From: Gimesia sp.
GTDB lineage: Bacteria > Planctomycetota > Planctomycetia > Planctomycetales > Planctomycetaceae
Assembly (NCBI RefSeq): GCF_048260065.1
Contig: NZ_JBLXHC010000014.1
Coordinates: forward strand, 100,028-164,027
DNA length: 64,000 bases
Direction: 5' to 3'
Position numbers and translations under genes: made by a program. The notes under the pieces were generated by a model. It did not search any database and was not told the DNA's origin. It saw only the letters and a program-made list of their open reading frames with translations. Below are positions 56,628-64,000 of this stretch, one piece after another; the stretch's first letter is position 1, and the number at the start of each line of letters is the position of its first letter.

Positions 56628-56945
56628 TTACACAGATTTTCCTGTGAAAGCAGGTTGATCTGTTCTGATCATGCGTGTGCAGATCATCCGGGCCAGAACA
56701 AAACCAGCCAGGCAGACCATCAGGCGTTGCCAGCGTGCAGATTCATCCAGCCAGACGCCAATGAACCAGAACCCGGAAATGGTCAGGCAAATTCGGACCA
56801 GGGCCGAAGCAAGGAATAAGAATGCGGGATGCGAAGACTTCTGTAAATTGCGAATGGTCCACCAGAGTCCGCCGAAAAACAGCGCGCCTAGAATCAGGCC
56901 ACAGGTCAGACTCGCAAGCAGTTGTAACAGCAGTGTCAAATTCAT
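56628..56945 (-). CDS. atpR: N-ATPase accessory membrane protein AtpR
   Basis: 105 aa. The FFGGLWWTI motif and its position between atpQ and atpB are diagnostic of N-ATPase operons. Confidence 0.75.
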   Translation of the reverse strand: MNLTLLLQLLASLTCGLILGALFFGGLWWTIRNLQKSSHPAFLFLASALVRICLTISGFWFIGVWLDESARWQRLMVCLAGFVLARMICTRMIRTDQPAFTGKSV

Positions 56946-57290
56946 TTTTTGATATTTCCTTCTTTATGAATCCACTTCCAGGCGTTCAGACAGCCCAGAG
57001 TGATGCCTCCCATCAGCAACATTAATGTCCAGGAATAGGGACCAGGCCAGCGGGAATCGATCCACATTCCCAACATCACTCCCAGTACCGCCGGTATGGT
57101 GACGGACCAGCCGATCAGTCCGAACATTCCGAATCCAAACCAGATGGTATGGTGTTTTTCACGTTGTGCTTTCAGTTTCCGTGCTTCCTGAGAAGCAATT
57201 CGTTTTTCAATATGCGACTGCTCATGCAGAGGCAGTGAATCTCTCTGGAATTCGTGATTGTCAAATTCGTCTCCGTTATCGGTTTGATTA

Positions 57291-57301
<11 letters not shown>
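56942..57301 (-). CDS. atpQ: N-ATPase accessory membrane protein AtpQ (AtpI/AtpZ-like)
   Basis: 119 aa with two TM helices (WFGFGMFGLIGWSVTIPAVLGVMLGMWID ... TLMLLMGGITLGCLNAW). ATGA overlap with atpR. Confidence 0.7.
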
Positions 57302-59161
<1,860 letters not shown>

Positions 59162-59454
59162 TCATATTCCTTGTTATTATCTCTGACAATGATTGATTTT
59201 GCGAGAGAACTCAAGAGTGTGGAAAATCAATCAGTTCGCTTTTCAGGATTTTTTGCTTTGTTGTCTTCAGTCTGGTGGATTCCCCTATAGCTGAACCGGG
59301 TTCTACCCGTATTGGTTTCCGCTGGGTTCTGGTAAAGTACTTTATCCATACAAAGGAGTGAGTCCGGTATGACTCTCACCTCAAAAGGTGTTGCGCAGTT
59401 TCAGTCGATCTATATTTTATTTACAGACGGAAGATAAAAACGGGGAGTGAGAGC

Positions 59455-61866
59455 ATGGCGTTGCAGGAGCCGCTGATTCTGTGGTTTGATGATATCGGTA
59501 TTGCTGACGTCCCTTCGGTGGGGGGGAAGAACGCTTCACTGGGAGAAATGTACTGTCACTTAAATTCGGAAGGGATTGCCGTTCCCAATGGCTTCGCCAC
59601 GACGGCTGCTGCTTATCGCTTTTTTCTGGCAGAAACCGGTCTGGATCAGCAGATCAGAGAGATTCTGAAGGATCTGGACACAACTGATATTTCCAATCTG
59701 CAACAGCACGGCCTGGCAGTCAGGCACGCGATTCTCTCGGCTGAGATGCCGGCAGCGTTGCAGACTGAGATCCTGCAGGCGTATGAGAAGTTGAGTGAAG
59801 CGTTGCCCGGAGGAATCGATGTTGCTGTCCGCAGCAGTGCGACTGCGGAAGATCTGCCGGATGCCAGTTTTGCCGGACAGCAGGAATCGTACCTGAATGT
59901 ACGTGGAGCAGCTTCTCTGCTGGAAACCTGTCGTCGCTGCTTTGCTTCGCTGTTTACGGATCGGGCCATCTCCTATCGAACCGAGAAGGGGTTCGATCAT
60001 TTTGACATCGCGCTTTCCATTGGAATTCAGCGGATGGTGCGTTCGGATCTGGCGGCTTCGGGAGTCATGTTTTCCATTGATACGGAGACCGGTTTTAAGG
60101 ATGCCGTGCTGATCAATGCTGCCTACGGACTGGGGGAAAACATTGTCCAGGGGAGTGTGAACCCGGATGAATTTTACGTTTTCAAACCGACGTTGAAGCA
60201 GGGGTTCAAACCGATTTTGAAAAAAACGCTGGGCTCCAAAGAGTTCAAACTGATCTACGATGCGGGGGGCGGCAAGATGACACGCAACGTACCCGTGGAC
60301 CCGGTCGACAGGAAACGATTTGCGATCACAGAGGAAGAGATTCTCACGCTCAGCCGCTGGGCCACCCGGATTGAAGAACATTATTCGTCGGTGCAGGGGC
60401 GCTACTGTCCCATGGATATCGAATGGGCGAAGGATGGGAAGACCGGAGAACTGTTCATCGTACAGGCCCGACCGGAGACTATTCACGGGAATCCGCAGTC
60501 GCAGACGCTCAAGACGTATCATCTGAAAGAACGCGGGCGTGTGTTGATTTCCGGTCACAGTGTGGGAGAACGCATCGGCCATGGTATTGCCCGGGTGATT
60601 GAGAGCGCGAAAAACCTGAATGAAGTACAACCGGGTGATGTGCTGGTCACAGACCGTACTGATCCGGACTGGGAACCGGTGATGAAAATCGCATCCGCGA
60701 TTATTACCAATCGCGGGGGACGAACCTGCCATGCAGCCATTATCAGCCGTGAACTGGGAGTACCGGCGATTGTCGGCGCAGAAACAGCGACCACAGCGAT
60801 TCAATCGGGGCAGATGGTGACGGTCTGTTGTGCGGAAGGGGATACCGGCCATGTGTATGAAGGACAACTGGATTACGAGATTCAGGAAGTCAACCTGGAT
60901 CGTTTACCTGAAACCAGAACCAGTGTGAAAATGATTGTCGGGAATCCGAATGAAGCATTTCGGCTTTCCCTGTTGCCCAGTGATGGCGTGGGTCTGGCGC
61001 GGATGGAATTTATTATCAATTCGTTTATTCGGATCCATCCGATGGCGTTGCTGGAATATGATCAGTTGAAAGATCCCATTTTGAAATCAGAGATTGAGCG
61101 CCTGACACCCGGCTACTCTGATAAACCCGCATTTTTTGTGGATACACTGGCGCAGGGCGTAGGTATGATTGCCGCCGCCTTTTATCCACGCGAAGTAATC
61201 GTGCGGATGAGTGACTTCAAGACGAATGAATATGCCAACCTGATCGGAGGGGCGCAATACGAGCCTGACGAAGAGAATCCGATGATCGGGTTCCGGGGGG
61301 CATCGCGTTATTATCATCCCCGTTACCGGGACGCATTTGGTCTGGAGTGTCAGGCGATGCGCAAGGTGCGCGAGACGATGGGCCTGACAAATATGAAGCT
61401 GATGATTCCCTTCTGTCGTACCGTAGCGGAAGGTAGAAAAGTGCTGGAGGAAATGGCACGCCATGGCTTACATCGGGGGGATGACGGACTGGAAATTTAT
61501 ATCATGTGCGAAATTCCCAGTAATGTCATTCAGGCGGAAGCGTTCGCAGAAATCTTCGATGGATTTTCGATCGGTTCCAACGATCTGACCCAGTTGACGC
61601 TCGGAGTGGACCGCGATTCTGAAGTCGTCGCGTCAATCTTTGATGAACGGGACCCGGCTGTGATGGAATCGCTCGCGAGTGCTATTCAACGTGTGAAAGC
61701 AGCCGGTAAAAAGATCGGTATTTGTGGCCAGGCACCCAGTGACTACCCGGAAATCGCGGAATTTCTGGTGAAGCAGGGGATTGACAGTATCTCACTGAAT
61801 CCGGACGCCGTCGTGAAGACGGTAACGCGTATCGCGGAAGTCGAATCCGACCTGGCATCGTGTTAA
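59455..61866 (+). CDS. ppsA: Phosphoenolpyruvate synthase (pyruvate, water dikinase)
   Basis: 803 aa. VGGKNASLGEM, the phospho-histidine motif GGRTCHAAIISRELGVPAIVG, and a C-terminal PEP-utilizer TIM barrel (GIGSNDLTQ-like: FSIGSNDLTQLTLG). Confidence 0.95.
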   Translation: MALQEPLILWFDDIGIADVPSVGGKNASLGEMYCHLNSEGIAVPNGFATTAAAYRFFLAETGLDQQIREILKDLDTTDISNLQQHGLAVRHAILSAEMPAALQTEILQAYEKLSEALPGGIDVAVRSSATAEDLPDASFAGQQESYLNVRGAASLLETCRRCFASLFTDRAISYRTEKGFDHFDIALSIGIQRMVRSDLAASGVMFSIDTETGFKDAVLINAAYGLGENIVQGSVNPDEFYVFKPTLKQGFKPILKKTLGSKEFKLIYDAGGGKMTRNVPVDPVDRKRFAITEEEILTLSRWATRIEEHYSSVQGRYCPMDIEWAKDGKTGELFIVQARPETIHGNPQSQTLKTYHLKERGRVLISGHSVGERIGHGIARVIESAKNLNEVQPGDVLVTDRTDPDWEPVMKIASAIITNRGGRTCHAAIISRELGVPAIVGAETATTAIQSGQMVTVCCAEGDTGHVYEGQLDYEIQEVNLDRLPETRTSVKMIVGNPNEAFRLSLLPSDGVGLARMEFIINSFIRIHPMALLEYDQLKDPILKSEIERLTPGYSDKPAFFVDTLAQGVGMIAAAFYPREVIVRMSDFKTNEYANLIGGAQYEPDEENPMIGFRGASRYYHPRYRDAFGLECQAMRKVRETMGLTNMKLMIPFCRTVAEGRKVLEEMARHGLHRGDDGLEIYIMCEIPSNVIQAEAFAEIFDGFSIGSNDLTQLTLGVDRDSEVVASIFDERDPAVMESLASAIQRVKAAGKKIGICGQAPSDYPEIAEFLVKQGIDSISLNPDAVVKTVTRIAEVESDLASC

Positions 61867-61898
61867 TCTGATTGAGCCATAGAAAGTGACAAACTGAT

Positions 61899-62390
61899 AT
61901 GAAACATCGAGATCGAATGAATCCTGAGGGAGATGCGAAAAAAAAGTCACACGAGCATTTACAGTTTCTGCTGGATAGCCACGAAGAGATCCTGGAGCAC
62001 ATCAGGCAACTGAATGACTGGTGGAAAGAACTGGATGAACGAGGTATGCCCAAATATGGAGAAATGGGAACCCGCATGGAAGGATTAAAAAAGCTGCTCT
62101 CAAAGCATTTCTGTGATGAGGAGCAGGAGGGCTATTTTAAACCGCTCATGGATGAATCGCCGGGCTTCTGTATCATGGTGCCGGATTTTCAGAAAAAACA
62201 TAAGGAATTTCTGACACGGATTGATGATTTCAGTACACGCTTGAAGCAGTCAGAGCCCCCCTTTCAGAACTGGAATGAAGCCTTACAGGAACTGCAGGGA
62301 CTGCTGGATGAGCTCCGCAACAATGAAAACGAGGAAATTCAACGTGTCCGTGAAGCGTTTGAAAATTCCTCCCCCGACCAGTCATCATGA
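61899..62390 (+). CDS. Hemerythrin-like (HHE cation-binding) domain protein
   Basis: 163 aa. HEHL...HEEILEH, HFCDEEQEGYF and KKHKEF resemble hemerythrin-type H/E metal ligand spacing. The assignment is weak. Confidence 0.4.
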   Translation: MKHRDRMNPEGDAKKKSHEHLQFLLDSHEEILEHIRQLNDWWKELDERGMPKYGEMGTRMEGLKKLLSKHFCDEEQEGYFKPLMDESPGFCIMVPDFQKKHKEFLTRIDDFSTRLKQSEPPFQNWNEALQELQGLLDELRNNENEEIQRVREAFENSSPDQSS

Positions 62391-62621
62391 AGAACCCGGT
62401 GCTGACTGAACTGCGTAGGGCAGGCTGACATTTCGCAGTAATCACACTACCGCCGTCAAAGTCCGGTATATATGAAGTGCGCGGGACTTTTCCTCACCCT
62501 GGTTTCTATAGTATGCTCATACCATTCCATCACGAAAAACCTCTTTGAATTGTACTGCCAACTTTGTCGCATCGTGCCGCGACTGGATGATGATTCAGAC
62601 AGGATACGGAAAAGTAATTTT

Positions 62622-63554
62622 ATGAGCTTGCTTTATTCAGACCCTGTATTTCTGAAACATGAAACCGGAGATCTTCCGGAAAATGCGGCACGGATCATTC
62701 CTGCGATGAGACGCGCCAGCCAGATTGCCATGCATGCACATTACCGTCAACGGTCGTGGACCGAAGTTTCAGATGCTGTATTGGAACGCGTGCATTCGCG
62801 TGAGTACATTCGCTATGTGCAAGACTTCTGTGCACAGGGGGGAGGGGCTATTTCGGAAGATACCGTTGTCTGCCCCGAATCATACAAAGTAGCACGAATG
62901 GCTGTAGGCGCTGTCTGTGATGCGGTGGAGCAGATCGTTCAAAACAAAGCAGAGCGGGCATTCTGTCTCGTGAGGCCTCCCGGGCATCATGCGGCACCGG
63001 AATCGGCGCTCGGGTTTTGTCTGTTCAACAATGTTGCCGTCGGTGCGCGTCTGGCGATTGAGAAACTGGGCCTGGACCGGGTTCTGATTATTGACTGGGA
63101 CGTGCATCACGGTGATGGCACGCAGGAAATCTTCTGGGAAGATGGACAGGTCGGATTTCTGTCGATTCATCGTGCCTCCTTTTACCAGAATACAGGAACT
63201 GCTGCCGAGACAGGAGCCGGGAAGGGACTGGGGACAAACTGCAACGTTCCGGTAGAAGAGGGAACGTCGCGGGAACAATACTGTGAAATGTTTACTTCGA
63301 CTGTGGAACAACTGGCCGCTCGCATCAGACCGCAACTCGTGCTGATCAGTGCCGGCTTCGATGCGCATAAATACGATCCGGTGGGATCGTTGGGGCTGGA
63401 GAGTGAAGATTTTGCCAGGCTCACGCGGATCGTACTTGAAGTCGCAGACGTGCATGCCAATGGTCGCGTCGTGAGCGTATTGGAAGGGGGGTACAATCCC
63501 GGCGCACTGGCAGAATGTATCGAACATCATTTACTGGAACTGGCGTCTGTCTGA
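62622..63554 (+). CDS. Histone deacetylase-family (class II/AcuC-like) deacetylase
   Basis: The ATG at 62622 (MSLLYSDPVFLKHETG) is preferred over 62472. Motifs: RPPGHHA, DWDVHHGDGTQ, ISAGFDAH, EGGY. Confidence 0.85.
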   Translation: MSLLYSDPVFLKHETGDLPENAARIIPAMRRASQIAMHAHYRQRSWTEVSDAVLERVHSREYIRYVQDFCAQGGGAISEDTVVCPESYKVARMAVGAVCDAVEQIVQNKAERAFCLVRPPGHHAAPESALGFCLFNNVAVGARLAIEKLGLDRVLIIDWDVHHGDGTQEIFWEDGQVGFLSIHRASFYQNTGTAAETGAGKGLGTNCNVPVEEGTSREQYCEMFTSTVEQLAARIRPQLVLISAGFDAHKYDPVGSLGLESEDFARLTRIVLEVADVHANGRVVSVLEGGYNPGALAECIEHHLLELASV

Positions 63555-63616
63555 TCAGAGGTTAATGCAGTTCAGGCAGATCAAATATAAAAAGTAAAAA
63601 GCAAAGACAATTTCTT

Positions 63617-64000
63617 ATGCCGATTCGGAACCTTGAGAAAATATTTCGTCCCCGCCGGATTGCTGTGGTGGGAGCCAGCCAACGTCCGCTGAGTGTCGGA
63701 CAGACGGTGTTTCAGAACCTGCTGGCGGGAGAATTTGCTGGAGAAATCTATCCGGTGAATTCCCGGCATACACAGTTAGGCGAACATCGCTGTTATCAAT
63801 CGGTACTGGAACTGCCTGAACCTGTCGATCTGGCGGTCATCTGCACTCCGGCACAAACGATTCCTGAAGTGATCCAGCAGTGTGGGACAGCGGGGATCCG
63901 GGGCATTGTGATTCTGTCCGCCGGTTTTCGTGAAACAGGTGCCGCAGGAAAAGAATTGGAACAACAGGTTCTGAATATAGCCCGACAGTTCTCGGGCATG
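63617..64000 (+). CDS. ADP-forming acetyl-CoA synthetase-family / Pat-like protein, N-terminal CoA-binding domain (partial, runs off the window)
   Basis: Absent from the ORF track because it has no stop. Manual translation gives MPIRNLEKIFRPRRIAVVGASQRPLSVGQTVFQNLLAGEFAGEIYPVNSRH...DLAVICTPAQTIPEVIQQCGTAGIRGIVILSAGFRE, a typical N-terminus for this family. Confidence 0.75.
   Translation, partial: MPIRNLEKIFRPRRIAVVGASQRPLSVGQTVFQNLLAGEFAGEIYPVNSRHTQLGEHRCYQSVLELPEPVDLAVICTPAQTIPEVIQQCGTAGIRGIVILSAGFRETGAAGKELEQQVLNIARQFSGM

Noticed and set aside
59560-60867. 435-aa ORF on the minus strand.
   Set aside because: It lies entirely antisense within ppsA, whose product has unambiguous PEP-synthase motifs. 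The antisense translation is Arg/Ser/Pro-rich with no recognisable motif. It is a shadow ORF.

Overview
The window is a 64-kb chromosomal segment with no visible mobile elements, CRISPR arrays, tRNAs or rRNAs. Its gene content suggests a Planctomycetota genome, possibly Gimesia-like. That inference rests on three ECF-sigma/Hanks-kinase cassettes, an SHD1-domain giant protein, an LEERQLLAG-type secreted protein with dockerin-like repeats, and roughly 50% GC judged by eye. I support about 50 CDSs.

Left half (1-40 kb), a regulatory and cell-envelope region:
- A truncated CheB-domain gene and a ceramidase-like exoprotein.
- Three sigma-factor/Ser-Thr-kinase cassettes, at 2.8-8.7 kb, 25.0-30.4 kb and 31.3-34.3 kb.
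- Large orphan secreted and membrane proteins.
- An AlkB-like dioxygenase.
- A cytoplasmic EEP-nuclease gene next to a papain-like-peptidase/alpha-beta-hydrolase fusion gene.
- A Tat-signal enolase-superfamily enzyme.
- A beta-helix protein, a sirtuin and an eRF1-like protein.

Right half (40.9-64 kb), an energy-metabolism block:
- A 12-gene, mostly overlapping operon: a cNMP-binding protein, a group-3b-type [NiFe]-hydrogenase (beta, gamma, small and large subunits), a maturation protease and hypABFCDE.
- A complete N-type ATPase operon (atpDCQRBEFAG) plus a CBS gene, converging on that operon.
- ppsA, a hemerythrin-like gene, an HDAC-family deacetylase and the start of an ADP-forming acetyl-CoA-synthetase/Pat-like gene.

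The most unusual items:
- (i) A sigma / ZAS-motif::Hanks-kinase (catalytic-loop K->H)::LamG-FGE ectodomain / STAS cassette.
- (ii) The EEP + C1-peptidase::alpha/beta-hydrolase pair.
- (iii) The cNMP-domain gene translationally coupled to the hydrogenase.
- (iv) The N-ATPase c subunit with a two-carboxylate ion site.

All family assignments come from motif recognition by eye. No database search was run.
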